Assembly: GCA_965215015.1 (NCBI GenBank)
Contig: OZ244042.1
Location: forward strand, 4,928,001-4,992,000
DNA length: 64,000 nucleotides
Source of the DNA: Candidatus Poribacteria bacterium
GTDB taxonomy: Bacteria; Poribacteria; WGA-4E; PCPOR2b
Direction of reading: 5' to 3'
Each line of letters opens with the position of its first letter. Position 1 is the first letter of the stretch. The notes under the pieces were generated by a model, which saw only the letters and a program-made list of their open reading frames with translations, did not search any database and was not told where the DNA came from. This document shows, in pieces, positions 50,895 to 61,997 of this stretch. A program made the translations under genes and the position numbers.

Positions 50895-51641
50895 ATGATC
50901 ACGCAACAGCAAATCAATCACTTTCAAACCTTCGGATTTCTGATTTTCCGGCAGTTGTTTAGTCAGGACGAACTGAAGACCATCAATATGGAGTTTGGAG
51001 CAGCAATGGCGGAGGCGTTTCGAGATGACCCATTCGATGGCACACGCCGACATTGGTTGATAACGATGGGGCCGGATACACCCTTCCTCACCTCATTACT
51101 GGAAGATTCACGATTTTGTAATGTGGCAGAGCAACTTTACGGCGAAGATGTTTTTGGCATTGCGTCTGACATCAACCGTTACGTCGGGGATACGCGTTGG
51201 CATCCCGATACCGGAAGCCTCCATCAGTACGGTGTCAAGTTCGCCTACTACTTGCAACCGGTGACTGCGGATAGTGGTGCGTTGCGGTTGATACCGGGCT
51301 CGCACGAGCCATCTTTTCACAGGGAACTCAGGCAAAAGATGAATAAGTTGGAACTCGAAATCCCTGATGTCCCAGCCTACATCTTTGAATCGGAGCCGGG
51401 GGATGTGGTCGCTTTCGATGTGCGATGCTGGCATGCGAGTTGGGGGGGCGCGGTCGATCGCCGGATGTGTGTCTTGGTATACTACAACAATCCAAAAACA
51501 CCCGAGGAAGCAGAAGCCACCCAAAAGCAGATTATTGGCAATGGAGTTGATTACCGTCCCTGGGTTGCCGATGCCGAGGGAAATCCAAAGCGCAAACGGT
51601 GGATAAACCGAATGCGGGAGTTGGCTCCCGAAGCACTCTGA
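50895..51641 (+). CDS. PhyH-family dioxygenase
   Basis: 'FQTFGFL', 'WHPD', 'GALRLIPGSH', 'WHAS', 'RR'. Confidence 0.88.
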   Translation: MITQQQINHFQTFGFLIFRQLFSQDELKTINMEFGAAMAEAFRDDPFDGTRRHWLITMGPDTPFLTSLLEDSRFCNVAEQLYGEDVFGIASDINRYVGDTRWHPDTGSLHQYGVKFAYYLQPVTADSGALRLIPGSHEPSFHRELRQKMNKLELEIPDVPAYIFESEPGDVVAFDVRCWHASWGGAVDRRMCVLVYYNNPKTPEEAEATQKQIIGNGVDYRPWVADAEGNPKRKRWINRMRELAPEAL

Positions 51642-51936
51642 ACTCTAGTTCGGATTTAGCGGCTAGATCCTGTTGACATTTGACAGATTGAACCAATCTC
51701 TGTTCCGAGAGTCGCGCCCCAATAAGATCGGGATTCAAAGCAACTTGAGGTAATTCTGGACAACTCCGTTTTGGATTGATCTCCCAAAGTCGTAGGCCCG
51801 TTCCGGCGTTCCGTCTCCTCTAATCCCCCCGCAAGGGGAGGTACGGCACACGGAGTATTCCTACTACCAGCTGATAGTTGATTCAGATTTTTTAGCAATC
51901 GTGGTATAATCCCTCACAAAGATAGGAGATAGACAG

Positions 51937-52905
51937 ATGCACGCTATTTGCATTCATGAACACGGCGGACCTGAGGCACTCCGTTATGAAGAGGTTTCTA
52001 CCAGTGAGCCCGGTGCGGGTGAAGCACGGGTGCACATTGAAGCAGCGGGATTGAACTATATCGACGTTTACCACCGCACGGGACTCTATCCGAGTACTAA
52101 TATCCCTTTCACGCCGGGGATGGAAGGTGCAGGCGTGGTCGAGGCTGTTGGACCCGATGTCACTGAGGTCAATGTGGGAGATCGCGTCGCGTATGCGATG
52201 CACCAGGGATCCTATACCGAGGAGGCAATCGTGCCGTCTGAGGTGCTCGTTCCTTTACCCGATTCGATTGATACACAGGCGGCAGCAGCGGCGATGCTGC
52301 AAGGTATGACAGCCCACTATTTGACCCACAGCACCTATCCACTCGGTACGGATGATACCGCATTGGTGCATGCAGCCGCCGGTGGAGTCGGCTTGTTACT
52401 TATTCAGATGGCGAAGACACTGGGAGCGCGTGTATTGGGAACAGTTTCCACGCCGGAGAAAGCGCAGCTTGCGAAGGACGCCGGGGCTGACAATGTAATT
52501 CTCTATACACAAACCGATTTTGAAGCCGAAGTTAAACGCCTAACCGATGGGCAAGGAGTTGATGTCGTCTACGATTCGGTCGCCAAGACCACTTTTGATA
52601 AGAGTCTCAACTCTCTTCGCCCCCGCGGTTATTTGGTGCTGTTTGGGCAGTCGAGCGGACCCGTGCCCCCATTGGATTTGAGCCGTCTGTCGAGTGGATC
52701 GTTGTTTATAACGCGTCCGGGGTTGGGACATCATGCAGCCAATCGGGAAGAACTGATGGAACGGGCGGGCGATCTCTTTGAATGGATCTCTGCTGGCACA
52801 TTGAAGCTACGCATTGACCGAACGTTTCCGCTCCAAAATGCCGCTGATGCACACCGTGCGTTAGAAGGTAGACAGACAACCGGTAAGGTGCTGCTGATTC
52901 CTTAG
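51937..52905 (+). CDS. qor: NADPH:quinone oxidoreductase (zeta-crystallin family)
   Basis: 'GLNYID', 'GMEGAG', 'LQGMTAHYL', 'HAAAGGVG', 'FGQSSG', 'TTGK'. Confidence 0.92.
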   Translation: MHAICIHEHGGPEALRYEEVSTSEPGAGEARVHIEAAGLNYIDVYHRTGLYPSTNIPFTPGMEGAGVVEAVGPDVTEVNVGDRVAYAMHQGSYTEEAIVPSEVLVPLPDSIDTQAAAAAMLQGMTAHYLTHSTYPLGTDDTALVHAAAGGVGLLLIQMAKTLGARVLGTVSTPEKAQLAKDAGADNVILYTQTDFEAEVKRLTDGQGVDVVYDSVAKTTFDKSLNSLRPRGYLVLFGQSSGPVPPLDLSRLSSGSLFITRPGLGHHAANREELMERAGDLFEWISAGTLKLRIDRTFPLQNAADAHRALEGRQTTGKVLLIP

Positions 52906-53268
52906 GAGCGACTCCAATACCCCACTGTTACTACCTGTCCTCCAACTGGGGTTATGGGTCGGGCAAGATGTCCGACCTACGGGGGTGGTGCATTGTGATA
53001 CACATAACGCATCAATGGGACAAAGGGAATAATACGTAATACCTCTCCGTTCCGTGAGTGTTCCTCGGGCGTAAGAAAAGCCATCTCGATGCTTGTTGAA
53101 TTCGTAGGGAGTGCCCCACCCGTTGGGGCTGGAAACCAAGCCCCTACGATTACGGACACGCCTCATATAAACATCAACAGGTTCTAGCAACTTGGGTTAT
53201 TTTAATTGCACCACACCATCCGTGTGGGTACAAAAACCAACCGAATCTTAAAGGATAGGAGTTGTAAT

Positions 53269-54678
53269 ATGGCAGCCGCTTCCATTGATAAATTAAGCGC
53301 ACTTGAGAGCTTACAAGATGGTACCTTGCCCCCTCACCGAATTGCAAAATTACACAACGATTTTGAGGGTAACCCGGTTTATCGGATGGCACAGAATGCT
53401 GTCTGCAAGATCGCCGTAGATGATATCGCCCTCGACCGTCAGATTGTTACCAACAGCGACTTTACTTTCAGCCATGTGCTGGACGACTGGAGCGTTACGA
53501 ACCAGAAAAGGAGCGGCAGATGCTGGATGTTCGCAGGGCTGAACCTATTCCGCGTCGGCGCGATGAAGAAAATGAACTTGAAAGAATTTGAATTCAGCCA
53601 AAACTATACTTTCTTCTGGGATAAGCTCGAACGCGCCAACTATTTCCTGCAACGGATGATCGAGATGGTAGATCGTCCAGTGGATGATCGGTGCGTTGCA
53701 TGGCTACTTGAAAGCCCACTGGAAGATGGCGGACAGTGGAATATGTTCGTTAATTTAATCAAGAAACACGGGCTTGTTCCCCAAGCATTTATGCCTGAGA
53801 CAGAGAGTTCCTCAAGTTCAAGTCGGATGAATCGGATTCTGCTCAATAAGCTGCGCGAGGGCGCAAAGACGCTTCGCGATATGGCATCAAAAGAGGCGAG
53901 CTTTGATGAGCTGCTGGATGTCAAAGACGAGATTATCACGGTCATCCACCGCATCCTGTCCATCCACCTCGGGACGCCGCCAACCCATTTCGATTGGCAG
54001 TGGAACGATGCAGATAAAGAATTCCACCGCGACGGGGAGATGACGCCGCAGCAGTTCGCAGAGAAATATATCACTGTTCCGGTTGATGATTACGTCTGCC
54101 TCGTCCACGACCCACGCCCAACAAGTCCTATCGGCAAAACCTTCACGGTGGAATGCCTCGGTAACGTCGAGGGCGGCGCGATTGTTAAATACCTGAATAT
54201 CGATATCGACCTCATGAAGCAAATAGCGATGAAGACCATCATTGATGGGGAGCCGGTCTGGATGGGGTGCGATGTTGGAAAAATGATGCAAACCGGCCTC
54301 GGCCTCTGGGATGCGAAGCTGTATGACTACGAAGGTGTCTACGACACCCCCTTTGCTCTTGATAAGGCAGGACGGCTCCAGTACCACCAGACCCTGATGA
54401 CCCACGCGATGCTATTTACGGGTGTGGATGTCATACAGGAGAACGGCAGAGAGGTGCCGCGACGCTGGCGAGTCGAGAATAGTTGGGGCGCCGATAGCGG
54501 GCGCAAGGGGTTCTACCTGATGAACGACAACTGGTTTGACCAATATATGTTTGAGATTGCTGCACGAAAGGAATATCTACCGAACGAGTTGCAGGCTGCC
54601 CTTGAAACGGAACCGATTGTTCTACCCGCATGGGATCCAATGGGTGCCCTGGCGAGAAAGGCTCCCGTCATCAATTAG
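53269..54678 (+). CDS. pepC: Aminopeptidase C / bleomycin hydrolase (C1B)
   Basis: 'NQKRSGRCWMFA', 'DGGQW', 'THAM', 'VENSWG', 'WDPMGALA'. Confidence 0.95.
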   Translation: MAAASIDKLSALESLQDGTLPPHRIAKLHNDFEGNPVYRMAQNAVCKIAVDDIALDRQIVTNSDFTFSHVLDDWSVTNQKRSGRCWMFAGLNLFRVGAMKKMNLKEFEFSQNYTFFWDKLERANYFLQRMIEMVDRPVDDRCVAWLLESPLEDGGQWNMFVNLIKKHGLVPQAFMPETESSSSSSRMNRILLNKLREGAKTLRDMASKEASFDELLDVKDEIITVIHRILSIHLGTPPTHFDWQWNDADKEFHRDGEMTPQQFAEKYITVPVDDYVCLVHDPRPTSPIGKTFTVECLGNVEGGAIVKYLNIDIDLMKQIAMKTIIDGEPVWMGCDVGKMMQTGLGLWDAKLYDYEGVYDTPFALDKAGRLQYHQTLMTHAMLFTGVDVIQENGREVPRRWRVENSWGADSGRKGFYLMNDNWFDQYMFEIAARKEYLPNELQAALETEPIVLPAWDPMGALARKAPVIN

Positions 54679-54810
54679 TAGGTCGAGATTCACATCTCGA
54701 TAAAACATCCGGACCATAGCGCAATCCCTCGGGCTGATTGAGCCAGGATTGTCGCCCCATAGTGTCTATTCTATCGCGTTATGTTCTCGGTATTTTCGAT
54801 TTTGGAAAAT
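54678..54810. repeat. Dispersed repeat with GTCGAGAT-TCAY-ATCTCGAY hairpin
   Basis: Related hairpins at ~38073, 42264, 48271 and 63282. Copies at 38.07, 54.68 and 63.28 kb share ~120 bp downstream. Confidence 0.7.
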
Positions 54811-55067
54811 TGCCCAAATGTAGGCACCCTCCCCCCCTGCGGGGGGATTAGAGGGGGGCCTGCCCAAAACATGGCCAGCACCCAGATCAGGGGGCACCTC
54901 CCCCCGCCAAATACCCTGTGAGTTATCCGTCAATTGCCTGTTTCCCCCCGCTTGCGGGGGGGTAGGGGGGTGATTCGGGATTAGAGGAGGTGCTGCCCAT
55001 GAAAGATTCCCGGAACAGAGATTGGCTCAGCTAGTCAAATATTAACAGAACCATTAGGAGGGATAAG

Positions 55068-55961
55068 ATGACATTCAGTGAAAGTTGGTTGGTGTTAGAA
55101 CCCGACCTAGAGACCGTCTTTGCCCATGAGACAGACCCGCTCAAGGCACTTGTGGACGCCCACATCGCCGGTATTGCTCTGCGTGGTGCCTATAATCCAG
55201 ATCACTGTAGTGGATTAATGCAGCGATTCATTGAGCGGGGTATGATGCGTGACCCGGACCGATCAAACCGGGAAGAGGATACATACCAATTCGCGGGGAG
55301 TGCACAGACCCGAATCGATATTGGTTCGAGCTTGGTCAACCGTGCACGCGGCGGTCTGGCAGTATCAGATGACCCTACCGAGAACAAGGACACTTTCCTT
55401 GAACACTCCGCGAGTACGCATGAACTCTTCAGCCACCTATTCGATGGGTTTGACAATCCAGTGGATACCCTCTACAATTGTCTCTCCGCACTAGCGGTGA
55501 ACAAGCAGGTCAAGGTCGCCCGTGAACCCGATGGACGCCTCTACGGGCCCGCAATCTTTCGGATTCACTATGAAGGCCACGAATACGTTCCCCACATCAA
55601 TCATGTCGCGATAGACGACAAGCTGTTCAACTATGAGGTCTCCCGTTTTACACACCAGCTTGCTGGCCTCATCTGTATACAGAATTCCGCCCATGACGGG
55701 GGCAGTCCCCACGCTGTTATCCATCGCTGCGTTTGGAGTCCGGAGGTGCAAGACCATCTCTCGGAGGGCACCTACCACGAATACGCCGCACAAAACAGGA
55801 TTGAACAGCAGCAAATCGAGGTACAGCCGGGTGATTTCTATCTGTTCAACAGCGGTTGCATCCACCAAGTGGCCGCTGTAGAGGGTGATATTCCTCGAAC
55901 GGTTTTGGCGACCTTTATCGGCTATTCGGAAGAGGATGACGAAATCTTTGTCTGGGCGTGA
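55068..55961 (+). CDS. 2OG-Fe(II) oxygenase-like protein
   Basis: 'PHINH', 'PGDFYLFNS..IHQV', downstream Arg, SD AGGAGG. Confidence 0.7.
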   Translation: MTFSESWLVLEPDLETVFAHETDPLKALVDAHIAGIALRGAYNPDHCSGLMQRFIERGMMRDPDRSNREEDTYQFAGSAQTRIDIGSSLVNRARGGLAVSDDPTENKDTFLEHSASTHELFSHLFDGFDNPVDTLYNCLSALAVNKQVKVAREPDGRLYGPAIFRIHYEGHEYVPHINHVAIDDKLFNYEVSRFTHQLAGLICIQNSAHDGGSPHAVIHRCVWSPEVQDHLSEGTYHEYAAQNRIEQQQIEVQPGDFYLFNSGCIHQVAAVEGDIPRTVLATFIGYSEEDDEIFVWA

Positions 55962-56044
55962 TACTTCACATACTCATATCAGGAGGAAAATTTGATGAAA
56001 TAAAGTCGCAACAGCCCTGCGTTCCATCTTCGGGAGAAGTAACT

Positions 56045-57250
56045 ATGAGAAATCCAAACATAAGAGCCCTCTACTATATTACACATATAGACAGCTTACC
56101 CTCGATCGTTAAGCACGGAATTCTCTCCCACGAAAGCGTTGAAATAGAAAACGTGCAGGGAACTTCAATGTTTAAAAGGGAAAAAGATAGAAAGCAGAAC
56201 TGTCAACAAAAAAGTAGAACTGTGCCCAAAATTTACGAAAAAAAACTCGTGCATCACGCTAATCTGTTCTTCCAACCACGTAACCCTATGATGTATCGAG
56301 CTATCTTTGAAAACGGCAAAGAAAAACTTGCCGTTCTAGAGATTGATAGCACAATTTTGAAAGAACCAGGGGCCGTTATCACAGACGGGGATGCCGCCAA
56401 TGAAACGACGCAATTCTATCTCCCAACCCAGGAAACGAAAATCCCTCAGCAACTATGGACAATTATTAAGAGCGAATGGTGGAAGGAGTGTGACGGATCG
56501 AAACGCAAAATCATGGCAGAATGTTTAGTCCCCGATCGTGTCAAGCCCGAATACATCCGTTCGGTTCTCGTTGCTGATGATAAAACAGGAAATCGGGTGA
56601 GGAGATTAGTTGACAATTTTCAACTTCCTATAATTCCTCAACCTCATCTATTCTTTCAACCTGAGCGTCGAATTAAGATCGGGGACAACATTGAACTTGT
56701 TGATGGCGGAGATATATTTTTCTCTGAATTACAAACATTAGCAGTTACCGTTAATCTTCAGGGGGTTATGGGAAAAGGATTGGCACTGCGCGCCAGAGAG
56801 CAATTCTCTGATGTTTATGTAGAATACGAGAAAGCATGCCGTGCAAAGAAAATTACATCAGCACGTCCCTATATCTATAAGCGCGAGACCTCAGTTGTCG
56901 GTGAGTTGACAGATCTCAAGCCTAACAAATCGATCAAAAATTCGGTGAAGTGGTTTTTGCTTTTCGCGACGAAGCGGCACTGGCGAACGCCCTCACGTTT
57001 GGAAGATATCGAAAACGGTTTGAAATGGATACAGACAAACTGTCAAAAGGTAGAAATTCAATCGCTCGCAATGCCGGCACTAGGTTGTGCATTAGGAGGG
57101 TTAAGCTGGACAGAGGTAGCGCCGCTCATGTGCAAATACCTCCACGGAATCGGAATTCCTATCGAAATCTATTTGCCGAGAGAATACCCAATAGAGGAGC
57201 GATACTTGACCGAATCGTATCTCTTGGAGGGGCAGCTCGCATTGTTGTAA
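56045..57250 (+). CDS. Fused DarT (DUF4433 DNA ADP-ribosyltransferase) and DarG-like macrodomain protein
   Basis: 'LYYITHIDSLPSI..GILS', 'FQPRNPMMY', 'TDGDAA', 'MAECLV', then 'GDIF...TVN..GVMGKGLA', 'FATK.HWR', 'PALGC..GGL.W'. Confidence 0.85.
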   Translation: MRNPNIRALYYITHIDSLPSIVKHGILSHESVEIENVQGTSMFKREKDRKQNCQQKSRTVPKIYEKKLVHHANLFFQPRNPMMYRAIFENGKEKLAVLEIDSTILKEPGAVITDGDAANETTQFYLPTQETKIPQQLWTIIKSEWWKECDGSKRKIMAECLVPDRVKPEYIRSVLVADDKTGNRVRRLVDNFQLPIIPQPHLFFQPERRIKIGDNIELVDGGDIFFSELQTLAVTVNLQGVMGKGLALRAREQFSDVYVEYEKACRAKKITSARPYIYKRETSVVGELTDLKPNKSIKNSVKWFLLFATKRHWRTPSRLEDIENGLKWIQTNCQKVEIQSLAMPALGCALGGLSWTEVAPLMCKYLHGIGIPIEIYLPREYPIEERYLTESYLLEGQLALL

Positions 57251-57271
57251 CATTTTGAGGAGGAAAGAAAG

Positions 57272-58276
57272 ATGACTGAAATTGTAAGCCGGGAAATCCG
57301 TCTTAAGAACCGGCCCGTCGGTATCCCCAAGGAAAGCGATTTTGAAATCGCCGAAGTAAGGGTCAATGAACCCAAAGTAGACGAGGTGCTTGTAAGAAAC
57401 ATCTATATGTCGGTCGATCCCTACATGCGCGGGGTCGTTAGAAATGTCGCGCTCGGTGTACCGCTGGAAGGTGGGTGTGTCGGTCAGGTCGTTCAATCGG
57501 AGAGCGAATCGTTTCAGGTTGGAGATTACGTCTTAGGCGGACTCGGTTGGCGGGAGTATTACCTTGATTCGGCAGAAAATGTGAGCCAGATTGATCCGAC
57601 CCTCGCCCCGATTCAATCTTTTGTGGGTGCCGTCGGTATGCCCGGACGTACCGCCTATTTTGGGCTACTCGACATCGGCGAACCCAAAGCGGGAGAAACG
57701 GTATTTGTCTCCGCTGCTTCCGGGGCGGTTGGCGCGATTGTCTGCCAGATAGCCAAGATTAAAGGGTGCCGAGTGGTCGCCAGTGCAGGCTCGGATCAGA
57801 AAGTGGAGTGGCTCTTGGAAAAGGCTGGTGTCGATGCAGCCTTTAACTATAAACGGGTCCAGAACTTAGTTGACGAGTTGAAACAGCACTGTCCAGATGG
57901 AATTGATATTTACTTTGAAAATGTCGGCGGCGCGCACCTCGAAGCTGCTCTTTCATTGATGAACATATATGGACGCATTCCTTTGTGCGGCATGATTTCC
58001 CATTATAACGATGTTGAACCGACCCCCGGTCCCAAAAACCTCAGCACCGCCATCGGCAAACGCTTGAAATTACAGGGCTTCATTGTTACCGACTATGCGG
58101 ATCGTACCCCCGACTTTTACGCCGATATGCGCCGGTGGATAAGCGACGGCAACATGCATTGGGAAGAAACGATTGTAGAAGGCTTGGAAAAGGCGCCGCA
58201 GGCATTTATCGGTCTTTTCAAAGGCGAGAATATGGGTAAGATGATTATCAAGATTGGACCGGAAAAGTCCGTATGA
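57272..58276 (+). CDS. NADP-dependent oxidoreductase (prostaglandin reductase/CurA-like)
   Basis: 'SVDPYMRG', 'GMPG.TAYFGL', 'AASGAVG', 'YFENVGG', 'G.N.GK'. Confidence 0.92.
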   Translation: MTEIVSREIRLKNRPVGIPKESDFEIAEVRVNEPKVDEVLVRNIYMSVDPYMRGVVRNVALGVPLEGGCVGQVVQSESESFQVGDYVLGGLGWREYYLDSAENVSQIDPTLAPIQSFVGAVGMPGRTAYFGLLDIGEPKAGETVFVSAASGAVGAIVCQIAKIKGCRVVASAGSDQKVEWLLEKAGVDAAFNYKRVQNLVDELKQHCPDGIDIYFENVGGAHLEAALSLMNIYGRIPLCGMISHYNDVEPTPGPKNLSTAIGKRLKLQGFIVTDYADRTPDFYADMRRWISDGNMHWEETIVEGLEKAPQAFIGLFKGENMGKMIIKIGPEKSV

Positions 58277-58319
58277 TATAAGCTGTAATCGTTACCATAC
58301 TGGGGAGAGGAGCAAACCT

Positions 58320-59108
58320 ATGGACTTAGGGTTGAAGGGAAAACGCGCAATTGTAACTGGTGGGAATCGCGGTATCGGTCGGTGCTGTGCGTTGGCACTC
58401 GCCCGTGAGGGAACGCGTGTTTGTATCGCAGCTCGCAATCACGGGCACTTGGAGGAGGTTGTTGACGAAATTAACGGGGCCGGTGGTGAGGGACACGCCG
58501 TTGCGGTTGACTTGACGACTCTGGAAAACTGCCAGAAAGTTGTGAGCGAGACTGTGGAACACTTCGGCGGTGTTGATATCTTGGTCAACTGTGCAGGCGC
58601 GGCAAGGGGAGGCGATATTTTAGACCTGCCCACCCAGTTGATTGATGACGCACTAAGTTTGAAGAGTTATAGCTATCTACGCCTGTCCCAACTTGTAATT
58701 CCGCACATGAGACAGAACGGATGGGGTAGAATCATCAATATCGCCGGAGGAGCAGGAACAAGCCCTTCCAGCGGAAATATCCCAGTAAGCCTTGCCAACA
58801 TCGCCATTCTAAATATGACGCGCGCGCTTTCGGATGCAGTCTCCAAAGATGGAATCTTGGTGAACACGATTTGCCCGGGACTCACTAACACCCAGCGGGC
58901 GCGCGATGTGCAGCAAGCCAGTGCGGATGAAGCGGGTAAGGATGTGGAAGAGCTCCTCCAAGAACTCGGTAACGAGCTCCCCGCAGGACGTATCGCCGAG
59001 CCGGAGGAAATTGCCAATGCGGTGGCATTTCTGGCATCGGAACCGTGCTCGTATATATTCGGCAGTTCTATATATATGGATGGCGGCGGGCGGCGGGGGA
59101 CACCGTAG
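58320..59108 (+). CDS. Short-chain dehydrogenase/reductase (atypical active site)
   Basis: 'TGGNRGIG', 'DILVNCAG', 'VNTICPG'. The YxxxK position reads 'VSLAN'. Confidence 0.88.
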   Translation: MDLGLKGKRAIVTGGNRGIGRCCALALAREGTRVCIAARNHGHLEEVVDEINGAGGEGHAVAVDLTTLENCQKVVSETVEHFGGVDILVNCAGAARGGDILDLPTQLIDDALSLKSYSYLRLSQLVIPHMRQNGWGRIINIAGGAGTSPSSGNIPVSLANIAILNMTRALSDAVSKDGILVNTICPGLTNTQRARDVQQASADEAGKDVEELLQELGNELPAGRIAEPEEIANAVAFLASEPCSYIFGSSIYMDGGGRRGTP

Positions 59109-59183
59109 GTCCATCAGTTATAATCTAACCTTGCTTAGACAGTGCCCACCCCATCAAATATACTTGCACTTAAGAACAACTAT

Positions 59184-59948
59184 TTACCACAGAACTGGTT
59201 GCCCACCGGATCTGACCAGCTTGCGATCGGGTCTCATCAGAATTTCTGGGATTGGACGTTCATTGATTTTATCCGGTGCTAGCTGATGACCAATTTGGCT
59301 AAGCATATGTTTTCTAATATCAGCTTTTAATTGGTCCGGCTCAATACGACTGGTGTGTCTCGCTGGGTCTTGGGTGTTGAACTCACGGATATATCTTGTA
59401 TAGCCTGTAAACCCACCATTGTCCCAGATAACACTTCCGGATTTTGTATCAATGGCTTTCACCTGCATGTTAAGCCTTGCCCATTGATAGACCAACACGA
59501 ATTTCGTGGTCCCTGATATCCCCGCTTGAGCACTCATGTCGTAGAGCGGGTTGCTATCATATTTTTCATCAAGCTTCGGATTTTTGATATGGCCGACGAT
59601 AATTATATCGGCATTTGCCGCCTTCCCTACCTTTGCCGCGAGGGCGGGATCGAGAAAGATATCCTTCGGCGTCAAGTTCCGAGTTGCTAGCTCACTACCA
59701 ATTGGGTTGAGCGTATCGGATTGATCATAGATCCACTCTTTGTCCTTCTTGACGAGGCTAAGTTGCGTAGACAGATCCAAGGGAAACCTGCGCTCCATTT
59801 CAGCGGACTCTTCTTCCGTGGAAAAAGGGGCGATGGCAATCCGTTGAAAATCACTGATATCGAGTGGCTCAACTTCTCCACAACCGCTCATAAGCGCGAC
59901 AAATGCTAAAAGCGTACCACAGACAGATAGTTTCATCCAGCTTTTCAT
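59184..59948 (-). CDS. Hypothetical lipoprotein (CsgG/TolB-N-like fold possible)
   Basis: Lipobox 'MSGC', 'RIAIAPF', 'VGKAANADIIIVG', 'IDTKSGSVIW'. Confidence 0.75.
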   Translation of the reverse strand: MKSWMKLSVCGTLLAFVALMSGCGEVEPLDISDFQRIAIAPFSTEEESAEMERRFPLDLSTQLSLVKKDKEWIYDQSDTLNPIGSELATRNLTPKDIFLDPALAAKVGKAANADIIIVGHIKNPKLDEKYDSNPLYDMSAQAGISGTTKFVLVYQWARLNMQVKAIDTKSGSVIWDNGGFTGYTRYIREFNTQDPARHTSRIEPDQLKADIRKHMLSQIGHQLAPDKINERPIPEILMRPDRKLVRSGGQPVLW

Positions 59949-60134
59949 TTTATATTTAACGCTCCTTCCTGAAAACAGGTAAAATGTTCATACGACTCAT
60001 TTAGGGCTTACCCGAAAAAAGGGCTTCTTGTTTAGTTAATTAATGAAACCTCCCAACCCCGATTTCATTGAGATTTTCGGATAGGATTCTTGTAGCGTCC
60101 TGAACTGATGGAGGTTTCAGTTTCAAGTATAAAG

Positions 60135-60163
60135 ATTATAGCACGGTCTCTTTTTTCTGTCAA
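60135..60163 (-). promoter_or_regulatory. Consensus sigma70 promoter
   Basis: TTGACA-N17-TATAAT with TGn extension on the minus strand. Confidence 0.75.
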
Positions 60164-60884
60164 CGCCTGTCTTAAATGAAATTTGACAAATTACTAAAAC
60201 ATAACGAATTTTAGCTGCTGTTCGCAGCCGATCCTGAGGCGCGCTCGCCCTGCCGCACCCCAATTAACCCTCTATGACGCCCATATCCGTCTGAGGTGAA
60301 TTCGCGTGCCTCACTCCATCTCCCAACGCCTGTCGGATGTCCCTTTTGGCGAAAAAATCACTGTTGCCCCGAAAGTAAGAACGTGATACAATGAATTAAG
60401 AGTTACACAGTTGAACGCTCAACGCCAATACCAGAAAAGGGCGCGCCATGTTCATTGCCGGTGAACATGCCTCTTGACGCCCGATGAAGCGGGGGGCGAC
60501 AGTGGCCCCCAAAGTCGTAGGCACGCTCCGCGTGCCCTCCCCCTGCTAAATACCCGGTGGGTTGTCCGTCAGTTCCTGGCTCATTGAGCCTACCCCCCTC
60601 AATCCCCCCGCAAGCAGGGGGAAGAGATACCGTGTGGGTATTCGGGACCGAGGGGGTAATCCCAAAAACTTACACGGCTCTCTCCCCCCCGCTTGCGGGG
60701 GGGTAGAGATTCTTAGCGGGGAGAAGGGGACGCCATACGCCGTATGCCTTAATTAAGTTTGTAGTAGCGCAATTCATCTAAGGATTTTAGTAGCCGGACG
60801 GTGCAACTAGAAATTATTGGACAGTTCGGTAGCAGATTTGTTCATCTGCGACATTTTTAGCGTACCCTGAAGATAGACAGAACC

Positions 60885-61997
60885 ATGAAAAACATCCTCC
60901 TCATCCGTCTCAGCTCACTTGGCGATATTGTCCTGACTTCGCCAGCTATCCGTGCGGTGCGGCAGCACTTCCCACAGGCGCGTATCTCAATGCTTGTGGC
61001 GAAACAGGCCGCCGATCTGCTCACGGAAAATCCCCATCTGGACGAGGTTATTATGTTTGACCGAAAAGCAGGGAATAAGGACACCGGTGAAATGCAACGG
61101 GTTATCCGACTCCTGCGAGAACGACATTTTGATCTGGCAATTGATTTTCAACGCAAATTTCGCACGAGCTTAATCTCGTATTTGAGCGGCGCGAAGTGCC
61201 GTGTTGGATATCATCAACCCAATGGAGTGTTGTGTAGCGTCCGTGTGCCGGACCGTAACAACAAAGCTATCCGTGCGGGGCGGCTTTCATCCGCGCACGC
61301 CATCGATCGCTACTTTGACCTGTTAGGCGCAATTGGGGTGGAGGCAACAGATCGGACGTTGGAGCTATTTATCACGGAGACAGACCGCGATTTTTCGCAC
61401 AAACTTATGGCTACCAAGGGCATCGAGGCGAATCGACTGAAGATTGGACTGTTTCCGGGGGCGGGGTGGAAATTACGCGAGTGGATGCCTAACCGTTTTG
61501 CGGCTATCGGTGATCGGGTGGCGAAGCACTTTGACGCGCAGGTGCTACTTTTTGGAGGACCTCACGAGCAAGAGCTAGTCCAACAGGTGGGGGATCTCAT
61601 GACGACCGAGGCGATTTCGCTCGCGGGTAACCTTCGCATCCGTCAATTGGCGGCGTTAATTGAGCAGTGCAATCTATTTGTTACAAACGATACGGGCCCA
61701 ATGCACGTCGCCGCAGCGATGCACACACCGACGGTGGCACTGTTCGGGCCGGGCGACCATATCCGCTTTCAGCTGCTCGATCCAATCCATACGACTATCC
61801 GCCATCATGTGCCATGCAATCCGTGCAAACAGTTCACCAACAAATGCAAGAACAATATCTGCATGAAGCTAATCACCGTTGATGAGGTATGGGAGACGGT
61901 GCATCAGAATTTATCAAACATAGGTAAGCCTACAACAGAACTGCCAGTAAGGCAGATAAGGGAGGAAAAAAATGGCGACTCAGTACAAAGAATTTAG
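60885..61997 (+). CDS. Glycosyltransferase family 9 (LPS heptosyltransferase-like)
   Basis: 'ILLIRLSSLGD', 'PGAG...W', 'NDTGPMHVAAA..TPTVALFGP', C-terminal Cys cluster. Confidence 0.9.
   Translation: MKNILLIRLSSLGDIVLTSPAIRAVRQHFPQARISMLVAKQAADLLTENPHLDEVIMFDRKAGNKDTGEMQRVIRLLRERHFDLAIDFQRKFRTSLISYLSGAKCRVGYHQPNGVLCSVRVPDRNNKAIRAGRLSSAHAIDRYFDLLGAIGVEATDRTLELFITETDRDFSHKLMATKGIEANRLKIGLFPGAGWKLREWMPNRFAAIGDRVAKHFDAQVLLFGGPHEQELVQQVGDLMTTEAISLAGNLRIRQLAALIEQCNLFVTNDTGPMHVAAAMHTPTVALFGPGDHIRFQLLDPIHTTIRHHVPCNPCKQFTNKCKNNICMKLITVDEVWETVHQNLSNIGKPTTELPVRQIREEKNGDSVQRI

Noticed and set aside
60200-60350. Possible ncRNA or gene fragment
   Set aside because: No recognisable RNA family motif or convincing reading frame.
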